This document shows positions 52,399 to 62,226 of a stretch of DNA of 64,000 nucleotides, piece by piece. This stretch comes from an uncultured delta proteobacterium (lineage in GTDB: Bacteria > Desulfobacterota > Binatia > UBA9968), in the NCBI GenBank assembly GCA_963745835.1, contig CAVUZH010000023.1, positions 14,209-78,208 on the forward strand. Reading direction: 5' to 3'. Numbering within the stretch: position 1 is the first letter of the stretch; each line of letters opens with the position of its first letter. Both the position numbers and the translations under genes were made by a program. The notes below the pieces were generated by a model. It was not told where the DNA came from, did no database searches, and saw nothing but the letters and a program-made list of their open reading frames with translations.

Positions 52399-53352
52399 TC
52401 ACGGCGTCTGACCTGACAATGGTTCGGTGGGAATGTGCGACTCATGATTTTCTAAATACCACGTCGCAATCGCCTCCCGACTGGCAAACCAAACGTTTTG
52501 GTGGGAACCCGCATACTCGATGAAGTCCCGTAGCGCACGAACGCGAAACGGCTGGCCCATGACGTGAGGGTGCAATCCGAAGTTCATAATCCGGCCGGTC
52601 TTGTGGCTTTCCTCATAGAGCTGGTCGAAGCACATTTTCAGGGTCTCGAGGCCGGCAGAAGTCGACATCCCGCCGCGCGCAAACAGATTGAAGTCGTTGA
52701 CATCGTTGGAATAGGGCACGCAAACAATCGGTCCGTGCAATGTCTGAATCAAGTACGGCTGGTCGTCGTTTAAGTAATCGCAATAAGCGATCAGGCCAAA
52801 TTCTCTGAGAAACGCCGGTGTGTGCAAAGTGCCCCGGATCGCTGAAGAGAGCCATGCCTTGGCCGGCCGACCGACCACCTCCTGGTATTTATCGAGCGTG
52901 CGTCTAATGACGGCGCGCTCTTCATCCGGCTGATTTGCGTAAAACGTAAGCAGATCGTTTTGCGCCCAGTTGTGCGGCACCAGTTCCCAGCCGCGCTCTT
53001 TTACCGCATCGACGATGCGCCGGCGCTCGGTCATGGTGAGGCCGTTGATCGTGCACGATGGTTTGACTCCGCTCTTGTCAAACAAGTCGATTAGCCGCCA
53101 GATGCCGATGCGCTGGCCATATTCGCGCCATGTCCAATTTGCCGTATCGAGAACATCGCCGGGCAGCGCGTGCGGTATCGTCATCGGTCCGCCGGTAAAC
53201 AGCGGCTCCTTCTGACCCGGACGGGATTTCTCCCAGTATTCGATATTGATCGTCAGGATGATCGCGAGTCTCGCGCCATTAGGGAAGCGTAAGGGCCTAC
53301 GGTCGGGCAGCGCCACATACTCATAAGAAGACGGTGATTCTTCGTTGCTCAT
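52399..53352 (-). CDS. Polysaccharide deacetylase family (PuuE/allantoinase-like)
   Basis: INIEYW, WREYGQRIG, DDQPY, GLHPHVMGQPFR. Confidence 0.85.
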   Translation of the reverse strand: MSNEESPSSYEYVALPDRRPLRFPNGARLAIILTINIEYWEKSRPGQKEPLFTGGPMTIPHALPGDVLDTANWTWREYGQRIGIWRLIDLFDKSGVKPSCTINGLTMTERRRIVDAVKERGWELVPHNWAQNDLLTFYANQPDEERAVIRRTLDKYQEVVGRPAKAWLSSAIRGTLHTPAFLREFGLIAYCDYLNDDQPYLIQTLHGPIVCVPYSNDVNDFNLFARGGMSTSAGLETLKMCFDQLYEESHKTGRIMNFGLHPHVMGQPFRVRALRDFIEYAGSHQNVWFASREAIATWYLENHESHIPTEPLSGQTP

Positions 53353-53568
53353 ACGACATCCAGCAAGCCGATTGGTTACAGAAAACACTCCGTCCCGGCG
53401 GCAGCCAATCTTGGCCGCACTTTTAATATACGAGTTGCGTCTTTTGAGATCGGCTCGACTTCTGAAGTGTCGCTGTCCGAAGCTTGTCCTGTCGTCCTCG
53501 ACAAATCTTCTTTGCCATTACCGCCGGAAAATGCATCACAAACAAATACTCCGTCCTTTCGCAAAAGT

Positions 53569-54552
53569 TCAGATGTCCAGTTTGAGCAGTTGCTTCACGT
53601 TCTCGCCAAGGATCTTTTCTTTCTCGCGATTGGGGATCGGCATAGCTTCGATACTGGGAACAGCAGCGGGGAGGTCGCCGATAATCAGTGGGAAGTCGCT
53701 GCCGAGGACCATGCGGCTTGCGCCGTAGAACTCGTAGGCCATCGCGAGCGCCGGTTGATAAAACGACACTGTGTCGCAGTAGAGCTCGCGCAGGTACTCG
53801 GAAGTCGGTTTCTTGGTTTTGATGCCGCAGGTGGGATCGTGGTAGCCGCGATCGATCCGGCCTGCCAGAAATGGAATGCCGGCGCCGAGGTGGGAGATTA
53901 CAAACCTAAGTTCGGGAAAGCGGTCGAGAACTCCGGCGTAGGCAAGCCGCGTCGCCGAGAGTACGATGTCAAATTCGAAGCCGAGGATAATCGCGAGCCG
54001 CCACTCCTGCATGACTTGCGCGCCCAGCGGCGTAGTCGGATGGATGAAGATTGGGACGCCGAGCTGTTGCGCGCGCTCATAAACCGGTAGGAGAAAATCC
54101 GAGTCGGAAGTTTTACCGGCGACGTTGGTGAGCATGCACATGCCTTTGAGGCCGAGTTCGAGGATCGCGCGGTCGAGTTCCCTCAAGGCGAGCCTCGTGT
54201 CAATCAGCGGCAGCATGGCGATACCTTGAAAGCGCTTTGGATATTGGCGCACGGCTTTGGCAATGCCGTTGTTGATCACGCGGCTCATGTCGGCGCTTTC
54301 TTCCGGTGAGAAACGATCCACGCCGGGATGGGGCGACGATAGAATTTGCATGTCGACGCGAGTTTCAGTGATTCGGTCGACCCGTACGTCGATGTCGAAG
54401 AAATCCGGCGTGATCGGGCCGGCTTTGGCGCCCATGCTCAAGATCCACTTTTCGCCCTTGTTGTCAGTTTCGATCCTGACATCCCCCGTCGAAGCTTCGA
54501 GTCTTTTTAAATAGTCTTCCGGATAGACATGGGCGTGAAAGTCTATGTTCAT
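53569..54552 (-). CDS. Amidohydrolase family 2
   Basis: IDFHAH, FIHP, SHLG, GSDFP. Confidence 0.88.
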   Translation of the reverse strand: MNIDFHAHVYPEDYLKRLEASTGDVRIETDNKGEKWILSMGAKAGPITPDFFDIDVRVDRITETRVDMQILSSPHPGVDRFSPEESADMSRVINNGIAKAVRQYPKRFQGIAMLPLIDTRLALRELDRAILELGLKGMCMLTNVAGKTSDSDFLLPVYERAQQLGVPIFIHPTTPLGAQVMQEWRLAIILGFEFDIVLSATRLAYAGVLDRFPELRFVISHLGAGIPFLAGRIDRGYHDPTCGIKTKKPTSEYLRELYCDTVSFYQPALAMAYEFYGASRMVLGSDFPLIIGDLPAAVPSIEAMPIPNREKEKILGENVKQLLKLDI

Positions 54553-54616
54553 GTTTAAATCTCCTCTGAAACTCGCAAATAGTTTCCGATGGGTTCGGAT
54601 GATCGAATGCGTTCCA

Positions 54617-56083
54617 TTATTTGTCAGTGTCGTTATAGGATCGCGCCAACATGGCTTTGACCCGGGCGACAGGGGCGCTTCGATCGTAGCTTAAGAAGCG
54701 GGATGCCATCAGCAGGAACGGATCCCCGGCGAAAAAGCGCTCGTAGAGCACCTGACGTCCGGCGAAGCCGCTGCAGGCCAGATCCCAAGCGAGGCGAAAG
54801 AGCTGTACGCGTTCCCTGCCCATTAGAGTTGCCGATTGATAATAGCGGTTGATCTCTTCGCCAACCTCGGGTGAGTCCAAGTCGCGTTTGCTGACCGTCG
54901 CCATCAAGCCGCTCGAGCCGATAAGCTGCAAGATTTCGATCAGTCTCGGATAAATCTTAGGGAAATAGTTTCGCGCGGTGGACAGGATATCCGGGCTCGG
55001 ATGGACGAAGCCGCTTTCGTCGGTGATTGCGTCGGCTTCAGCCGCGCGCAAAAAGGCGCGCTCGGTTTCCACGGCATCGACTATCTCGCCTAGCATTTGT
55101 TGATAGGCGGGCAGCTCCGTCCGGCCGATTGCTTCGGCCATTAGACTCGCGATGCCGAGAACGAACTCCGCTTTGGCGAGATTTTTGACCGTGAATTGAT
55201 GAATGCCGTGGAGAAAAGCCGGCGTATCGCGGAACAAGCGATTGCAGAGCACGATATCACCCTTCAAAAAAACCCGCTCCCAGGGCACCACAACGTCGTG
55301 GAACACCGCAACTGCATCCATTTCTTCATAGCGCGATGCAAGCGGGTAGTCCGCCGGCGACCCTCCGGTGTCGAGACTATCGCGACAAATGAATTTCAAT
55401 CCAGGCGTCGCCACCGGCACTGTAAAGGCAAAGGCAAAGCGGGGCGCATCACTTTGTTGAGTACGTGACGGCGAAGGGAACACGTAGAGCTCGTCGGCGT
55501 ACGGCGCGAGCGTTGCGAGCATACGCGCACCGCTCACGATCAAACCTTCGGCGCTTTCGCCAACCACGTGCAGCGGCACGGAGGGGTCGGCTTGTTCCGA
55601 TTGACTGCGCGCGCGGTTGATTTGCGGGTCGACGAAGGTATGAGTGCCGCAGAGATCGCGCTCCCGGCAGAATTCATAATAGGCGGAGATACGCCCGGTA
55701 TACTCCGGACCATTCTTGGCGAAGTGCGGCAGGGACGAAGCACAGCCGGCCAGAATTGCATTCAGATAATCGGGCGTGCGCCCAAGCATGCCGCCGCTGA
55801 AATCAGCCCAGTGCTTGAACATCACGCGACGGCGCACGAGGTCCTCGACGCTGCGCGGCTGGATGAACGAGAGGCTAACCGGATCGCCGGTCCTCGGCGA
55901 AGGATAGGTGAGCTTCGATTGCAGCGCCGGCTCCCTCTGCATGTCGTAAAGCTGGGCGAGAGTGCGCGCCGCCCTGCCGAGGATGGGGTGCTCCACGACG
56001 CTTTTGACGCGCTCGCCGGCAAACCAAATCTCGCGGTGATCGGCGAGACCCGCCAGATATTCGGCACCAGTTCGAGCGGGCAT
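54617..56083 (-). CDS. hpaB: 4-hydroxyphenylacetate 3-monooxygenase oxygenase-component family
   Basis: RTGAEY, GRTPDYLN, PQINR, GARMLATLAP, RYEEMDA, GRQVLYERF. Confidence 0.85.
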   Translation of the reverse strand: MPARTGAEYLAGLADHREIWFAGERVKSVVEHPILGRAARTLAQLYDMQREPALQSKLTYPSPRTGDPVSLSFIQPRSVEDLVRRRVMFKHWADFSGGMLGRTPDYLNAILAGCASSLPHFAKNGPEYTGRISAYYEFCRERDLCGTHTFVDPQINRARSQSEQADPSVPLHVVGESAEGLIVSGARMLATLAPYADELYVFPSPSRTQQSDAPRFAFAFTVPVATPGLKFICRDSLDTGGSPADYPLASRYEEMDAVAVFHDVVVPWERVFLKGDIVLCNRLFRDTPAFLHGIHQFTVKNLAKAEFVLGIASLMAEAIGRTELPAYQQMLGEIVDAVETERAFLRAAEADAITDESGFVHPSPDILSTARNYFPKIYPRLIEILQLIGSSGLMATVSKRDLDSPEVGEEINRYYQSATLMGRERVQLFRLAWDLACSGFAGRQVLYERFFAGDPFLLMASRFLSYDRSAPVARVKAMLARSYNDTDK

Positions 56084-56484
56084 TTCTTCCTCCGAGATGT
56101 GGTCGATTCGACTGCCGGGACAGTAGCCGACATAACCGAGAGATGTCAACTTTGCGTTTTAGGCGAAGCAGCCAAACAGCCCATTTAGCCCCGGTCCGGC
56201 ATTTTTTAGACCGGCTCGCCCGCGAGGCTGCACGCAAAGGACCACTCCCCAAGCGATCGCGGGTGATGCGACAGATCGCTCGTGCGCAGACAACCTGTCC
56301 GTTTACCTGCTCACGGTTTCCAGCGTCGATTGCCTCACTGACCATAGTGACGTGAGCTATTATCGATTAGGGCTAGCACAATGTTGCAAGATAATATTCT
56401 GAAGGCAGACGATGTGATCTCGCTGCGTTGAATCAAAGCCTGATGGTGCTAAGCGCCAATTTTGGAACCTGCGCTGATCGAATG

Positions 56485-58876
56485 CTAGGGTCGTCTAATT
56501 CCGAGTTTGTCCATCCGCGACCGCAACGTGCTGGGATTTATTCGGAGGATCTCGGCCGCGCCCCTCTTGCCATGGATCACCCAACCGGTCTCGTTCAAAG
56601 CCCGGACGATGTGATGGCGCTCGATGTTTTCAAGCGTATCAATCGACTGGTGGACGGTACTATGAGACTGAAGCACGGAATCATCGATATTCGCGATCGA
56701 ACCGCTGGCGAGAACCACCGCGCGCTCGACGACGTTTTGCAATTCCCGCACGTTTCCCGGCCAGTTGTAGTTCGTGAGGCTCTCCATCGACTTTTGTGAA
56801 ACACTGCGAACTTCTTTGCCGAGCTTCTTGGCATATTTGCCCAGAAAAAAGTGGACCAGGAGCAGCACGTCTCCCTTGCGATCCCTTAATGGCGGGGCCT
56901 TCAGAGGAAATACATTGAGCCGGTAAAAAAGATCAGATCGGAACGTGCCGTTGGCCACAACCTCCTTGAGCTCACGATTCGTGGCAGCGATCACTCGCAC
57001 ATCGACCTTGATTGTTTCGCTGCTACCCACTCGTTCAAATTCCCCTTCCTGCAGCACGCGAAGCAATTTCACCTGGGTATCGAAGGGTAATTCCGTGACC
57101 TCATCAAGAAAGATCGTTCCGCCATTGGCCAGTTCGAATCTGCCGATGCGGCGCTGTGTTGCTCCCGTGAATGCGCCTTTCTCATGGCCAAAGAGCTCGC
57201 TCTCGACCAAGCCGGACGGTATGGATCCGCAGTTGACTTTGACCAGCGGCCGATCTTTGCGCAGGCTTCGATTATGAACCGCTCGCGCCAGGAGTTCTTT
57301 GCCGGTGCCGGTCTCACCTTGAATCAATACGGTTGCTTCGGTGGGCGCTACCTGTTCGATGGTGCGCAGCAACTGACGCATGGGCGCGCTCTGTCCGATG
57401 ATTTCTTCAAAGTTATGCTCAAGCTTGATTTCCTCCTGGAGGTAAACGGCTTCGGACTGAAATCTCCCTTTCAGCGCGTCGATTTCTTCATAAGATCTCA
57501 TGTTATCGACGGCGATAGCGATTTGATTGGCAACCTCCATGAGGAACTGAGCGTCCCCTTCGGCGTAACGGTTCGTTTTCAGACTTCCTACAGTGATAGC
57601 GCCGATGCTCTTTCCGCGAACAATAAGCGGTAGAGCACATACGGAGCGAAACCCGTGCCCATACGCGCGTTCCTCCGAGGAAGTCTGCCGCTGAGCTTCA
57701 AGGTCACTGCGCAGAATGGGTTTTTGACCAACGAATGCCATCCCGGCGGGGCTATCGTGTAGCTCAAGCACACGACCGATGGGGGTGTAATCGTCGCGCT
57801 GGTATGGGCCGGCGTAAGTGATCAGTCGCAGGACAGCGGCCACGGGGTCGTAAAGTGAAAGTGAGAGTCGATCGAACGGAATCGCCCGGCCGAGGACCTC
57901 TGCGATGGCGCAGAAAAGCTCGTCTCGCGTTAATTTAGTGACGACAGCATTGTTGATGCCGAGCAGCGTGCGGAGATGCTCTTCGCTCTTTTTTAACGCG
58001 TCGTCGGCACGTTTTCGCTCCAGCTCCACTGCAGCCCGGGTGGCGAATACTTGCAGGATCGATAGCGCCTGTTCGCTGAAAACCCTGGGTTGGGTGTCGA
58101 TCACGACCAGATGCCCTAAGATGCTTCCGGCTGAATTCATGAGTGGAACGCCCGCATAACTCTGTGCCCCCAGTGTGATGAGGCCGGGATCCGCCGGAAA
58201 GAGAACTTGTAATCGCTCCGGGTAGGAACAGATATTTCCTTGGATGACGCGTTCGCAAGGCGTGCCCGCGAGTGGAAAATCCATGTTTTCACCAAAGCCT
58301 TGCCCTGCCCAAAAAGCCAACATACGAACTCGTTTGTCAGTCTCATCTGCACATTCGGCAACAAAACAGTAGCGGACCTGAAGCGCTTGAGACACGTGTT
58401 TGACCAACGAGCGAAAGAATTCATCCCCCGTGCTGCCAGCCGTTCCCTCGGTGATGTGCCGGAGAGTTTCTTTTTATAGGCTGGCGCTCGCTGATGTCGC
58501 GAATTATGAAAGTGGCTTTTCCGATTCCGACATTGTCCTTATAAAAGCCACTGCAAACTTCGCCAAGAAAAACTGAGCCATCCTTGCGCTTGAAGTTGAG
58601 ATCGCCTTTGAAGCGGCCGGTTTGCTCCGGCTCTGTTAGCAGCACCGACAATCGGCTGTCAGTGGGATCCACCAGCGCCGTCAGGCCGATTTGGCGAATC
58701 TCCTCCTCGGGCCAGCCGAACAGCCGGCATGCCGCGGGATTGGCGGCTTCGATGATTCCCTCGGCGCTACAAAGTAAAACCGCATCGTTGCTGCTCTCAA
58801 ACAGCAACCAGAACGAATCTTTGCTATCCCTTAATTCCGCATCACCCATGTTCGGCGCAATCGTGGCAACGATCAT
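56485..58876 (-). CDS. FhlA-like sigma-54 enhancer-binding protein (PAS-GAF-GAF-AAA-HTH), frameshift near 58472
   Basis: [32 protein letters not shown]-terminal HTH. PAS ORF 58421-58876 joins across an A-homopolymer. Confidence 0.9.
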
Positions 58877-58936
58877 AGTGGATAATCCCTAACCGTAGTC
58901 TCTTGCATAACTCTTGTTCTGCGTATTACGACGGGC

Positions 58937-58969
58937 CGCGACATTTCGCAAGCATTGCGAAATGTCGCG
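58937..58969. promoter_or_regulatory. Perfect 15-bp inverted repeat, candidate activator UAS
   Basis: CGCGACATTTCGCAA-GCA-TTGCGAAATGTCGCG. Confidence 0.7.
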
Positions 58970-59016
58970 ATAGCTCGGCCCGCGGTATGGTCCCTTTCTG
59001 GAACGCTTCTCAACAG

Positions 59017-59029
59017 AATCAACCGGTTA
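59017..59029 (+). promoter_or_regulatory. IHF site
   Basis: AATCAACCGGTTA fits WATCAANNNNTTR and lies between the UAS and the -24/-12 site. Confidence 0.6.
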
Positions 59030-59035
59030 CATAGA

Positions 59036-59051
59036 TGGCATCACCTGTGCT
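59036..59051 (+). promoter_or_regulatory. Sigma-54 -24/-12 promoter
   Basis: TGGCATCACCTGTGCT, with correct GG-N10-GC spacing. Confidence 0.7.
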
Positions 59052-59086
59052 CTAGGATCAGAACAGTTTTAGGAGTCACAAGCTCT

Positions 59087-59357
59087 ATGCTGCGAATTAC
59101 TCAAAGCTCTCCAGATGCGGAAACGGTCAGTTTACGTTTGGACGGTACCCTTACGGCGACTGCGTGCGGCGAGTTAGAAGCACTCTGCTCCCAATATCAG
59201 GAGAGTGACGGCAAGATGATGCACCTGGACCTGGCCGGCGTGGTTTTCATGAACGAAGAAGTTGCAAAAAGATTGGTGGAATTAAGCAGCAATCGGCTGA
59301 GCGATTATCAATTGCTCCCCGTTTGTCGAAATGCTCTTAAGAACCGTAGCAATATAG
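59087..59357 (+). CDS. STAS-like small protein (frameshift near 59300)
   Basis: MLRIT...LRLDGTL...LDLAGVVFM, then INCSPFVEMLL after a shift; AGGAG RBS. Confidence 0.7.
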
Positions 59358-59413
59358 GAGAGCAACTCATGCAAGGTCCATTTGTCGGAACCGAAATCGA
59401 TAGAAGAAACTCT

Positions 59414-60131
59414 ATGGCTTCTTCCAGTTCTATGATGGAGTTGGGTTACACGAGCGAAACGAGAAAGACAGGGTGCGCGACCGATCAGGCTCGAATCGTG
59501 GAGCAGAACCAACGCCTCTAGACGGAAACAGACCTCCGATAAGGACGATCCGGCGCTGATCGAGCGGCTCAAAGCCGGTGAACACAAGGCGCTTGAGACC
59601 ATCGTTGATCTCTATTCACCAAAGCTCTACAACGTAGCGCAACGAATTCTCGGCGAGAGCGCGGATACCGAGGAAGTGATCCAAGACGTCTTCTGGACCG
59701 TCTTTCGCAAGGCCAAGACTTTCCAGGGCAATTCCCGGTTTTCAACATGGCTTTATCGGCTTGACCGTAAACGAGGCTTTGGGAAAAATCCGGCGCCGCA
59801 AAAATCATAAAAGAGAGATCGAGTACGAAGAATACCTGCCAAGTTTACAGACGATGGTCACCATCGGGTCCGTCCCGTGGTCGACTGGTCCGATACTCTC
59901 GATCGGAGTTATGTCGAACGAGAAATGCAACGGGTGGTTAAAGCCGCCTTGGACGGATTGAAACCCATTGACCGCAGCGTCGTCGTTCTCAGCGATTTGG
60001 AAGGCATGTCGGACAAAGAGATCGCGACTATGTTGCATCTCACTGTGTCCGCAGTGAAGACCCGACTTCATCGCGCCCGGCTTTTTTTGCGCGGCCGATT
60101 AGCCACCTATCTCGGCCATTCGGCCGAATAA
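59414..60131 (+). CDS. ECF sigma-70 factor (several frameshifts; start uncertain)
   Basis: DPALIERLKAG, EEVIQDVF, FQGNSRFSTWLYR; region 4 VLSDLEGMS...AVKTRLHRAR. Confidence 0.85.
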
Positions 60132-60215
60132 TGGCGGCCGCGAAAATTTGAAGCTCTTGCAACCTTCGTCGACAAACGAGCATCTAAAACCCAAGCCTGA
60201 GATTACATCGGAGGC

Positions 60216-60458
60216 ATGATCATGAAAAAACCCCGAACCCCGTACATACAGTTTCCGCCGAAAAAGAGTCCCATTCAGACGACTTTTATGGACCTGATCC
60301 GGGAACTCAGCCAACTCACCAACGACGACGGCATGGTCGTCGCGGCGGTTAAAAGAGTCTTCAATTCTCATACCGTACGATTCGCTCACTCGTTGACGCC
60401 GGTGCGCCTGGTGGCCGGCGGGAGAACCTTGAAATCAGGCGTCCGTACGCGCCGGTGA
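60216..60458 (+). CDS. Small hypothetical protein
   Basis: GGAGG RBS; IQTTFMDLIRELSQLTNDD. Confidence 0.6.
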   Translation: MIMKKPRTPYIQFPPKKSPIQTTFMDLIRELSQLTNDDGMVVAAVKRVFNSHTVRFAHSLTPVRLVAGGRTLKSGVRTRR

Positions 60459-60532
60459 GCTGCCGATTGCCGGCCGGTCGCAATCGATTGGAGGATTTGC
60501 AAATTATTGCCGCTGTCGAGATAAATAGGAGG

Positions 60533-60850
60533 ATGAAACGCCATCGCTCCTCTCCGAGCAGAAAACGGGTTGGCTCGTCAAACAACAACAAGGCGGGCAA
60601 AAGCCGATTTCGGCCGCTGACCTGCGAGAAAGAAACCGCCCTGATCGCCGACTATCTCGCCTCGAATCTCAGCCCTGCAGACCTCGTATCATTCGAAAAT
60701 CACCTGGAAGAGTGCCCCGATTGCAAGGCGTTTTTGCAGACCTACAAGAAGACTATCGAAATCACCCGCAGCTTCCTCGAGCTTAAATCTGCCAAAGCGC
60801 GCAGGCGCAAACCGGTGCGGCGCACAGCCGGCACCGCAGAAACTAAATAA
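60533..60850 (+). CDS. zf-HC2 anti-sigma factor
   Basis: LTC...DYL...HLEECPDC (HxxxCxxC); AGGAGG RBS. Confidence 0.8.
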   Translation: MKRHRSSPSRKRVGSSNNNKAGKSRFRPLTCEKETALIADYLASNLSPADLVSFENHLEECPDCKAFLQTYKKTIEITRSFLELKSAKARRRKPVRRTAGTAETK

Positions 60851-60957
60851 TCTGTGCATCCTTTTCCCATCGAGCCTCATCCAAATGTGCACAGGATCTA
60901 CTGAACCTCCCGGTTCGCTAACGTCGACCATTCACCGTTTTTCAAGGAGCTTCGTGC

Positions 60958-62070
60958 ATGAAAGCTATAGCCGTTACGCCGAGGAAAAAAACCGTCGAAA
61001 TTATTAATCAAGCCGAACCGCAGATATTCTCCCCCACGGATGTCAAGCTGCGCATGCTGGAGGCCGGGGTCTGCGGCACTGACAGAGAAATCTGCGCCTT
61101 CGAATACGGCACGCCGCCCGCCGGCTGCGAGCAACTCGTCATCGGCCACGAATCTCTCGGCGAGGTAATTGAAACAGGTCCGAAAGTCACCCGCGTGAAA
61201 GCAGGAGACCTCGTCGTCCCAATGGTCCGCCGGCCGTGCCCGCACGACGATTGCGTGGCCTGCCGCGCCGATCGTCAGGATTTTTGTTTCACCGGAGAAT
61301 TTCAAGAACGGGGTATTAAAGAAAAGCACGGGTTCATGGCGCAGTTCGTTGTTGACGACGAAAAGTACATGAATCCCGTTCCCAGGGAAATGCGTGACGT
61401 TGCCGTTTTGGTAGAGCCGCTGACAATTGCTGAAAAGGGGCTGACTCAAGTATGGCAAATGCAACAGCGCTTGCCTTGGGGCTGCCCGGTCACACCGGCA
61501 AAAGCAGCGGCTCATTGCCACCGGGCTGTTGTCCTGGGCGCGGGACCGGTCGGATTGCTTGGGGCTATGGCCTTGATCAACTACGATTTTGACACGTATG
61601 TTTATTCGCGACAGCCCGCTCCGAATCCGAAGTCTCAACTACTCGAATCGATCGGCGCGCACTATATTTCGTCTGAGAACATCGTTCCCGAAATGCTTCC
61701 CGAACAGATCGGCAACGTAGATTTGATCTACGAAGCGACGGGAGCTTCGAGCCTGGCCTTCGAAACGATGAAGTACCTGGGCACCAACGGCATCTTTATT
61801 TTCACAGGCGTGCCCGGCAGAAAACGGCCCATTCAAGTCGATACCGACCTCATCATGCGCAATCTGGTTCTGAAAAACCAGGTCGTCTTCGGCACGGTCA
61901 ATGCCGGGCGCGACTCCTTCGAAAACTCTATCCGCGATCTCGGCACTTTTGCCAAGCGTTGGCCCGAGGCGGTGCAGTCGCTGATCACCGGGCGCTTCCC
62001 GATGGAGGCTTACGGCGATCTTCTTCTCGGCCGCTCCGGAGGGATCAAGAATGTAATTAAGCTCAATTGA
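60958..62070 (+). CDS. Zn-dependent glucose 1-dehydrogenase (MDR family)
   Basis: GVCGTDREI, GHESLG, VRRPC, ERGI, VEPLTIAEK, GAGPVG, GTVNA. Confidence 0.85.
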   Translation: MKAIAVTPRKKTVEIINQAEPQIFSPTDVKLRMLEAGVCGTDREICAFEYGTPPAGCEQLVIGHESLGEVIETGPKVTRVKAGDLVVPMVRRPCPHDDCVACRADRQDFCFTGEFQERGIKEKHGFMAQFVVDDEKYMNPVPREMRDVAVLVEPLTIAEKGLTQVWQMQQRLPWGCPVTPAKAAAHCHRAVVLGAGPVGLLGAMALINYDFDTYVYSRQPAPNPKSQLLESIGAHYISSENIVPEMLPEQIGNVDLIYEATGASSLAFETMKYLGTNGIFIFTGVPGRKRPIQVDTDLIMRNLVLKNQVVFGTVNAGRDSFENSIRDLGTFAKRWPEAVQSLITGRFPMEAYGDLLLGRSGGIKNVIKLN

Positions 62071-62085
62071 GCATGTAACGCGGTC

Positions 62086-62116
62086 GTTCAAGGTTCCACA
62101 GTTCAACAGTTCAAAG
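62086..62116. repeat. GTTCAA/GTTCCA 7-8-mer tandem array
   Basis: gttcaag gttccaca gttcaaca gttcaaag, just after the glucose dehydrogenase stop. Confidence 0.6.
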
Positions 62117-62226
62117 TCAGATTTGACGTCGGTCAAAAATCGATAACGGATTTTGAATCATCAGAATAGTTCAATCACTCAATTAACTTCTGCATCTTTC
62201 GATGCCCCTCGGATATCCAATCGCGT

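Noticed and set aside
56485-58876. FhlA-like activator as regulator of the fdh operon
   Set aside because: It has its own adjacent sigma-54 promoter, and the fdh upstream region shows a sigma-70-like site with no clear -24/-12.
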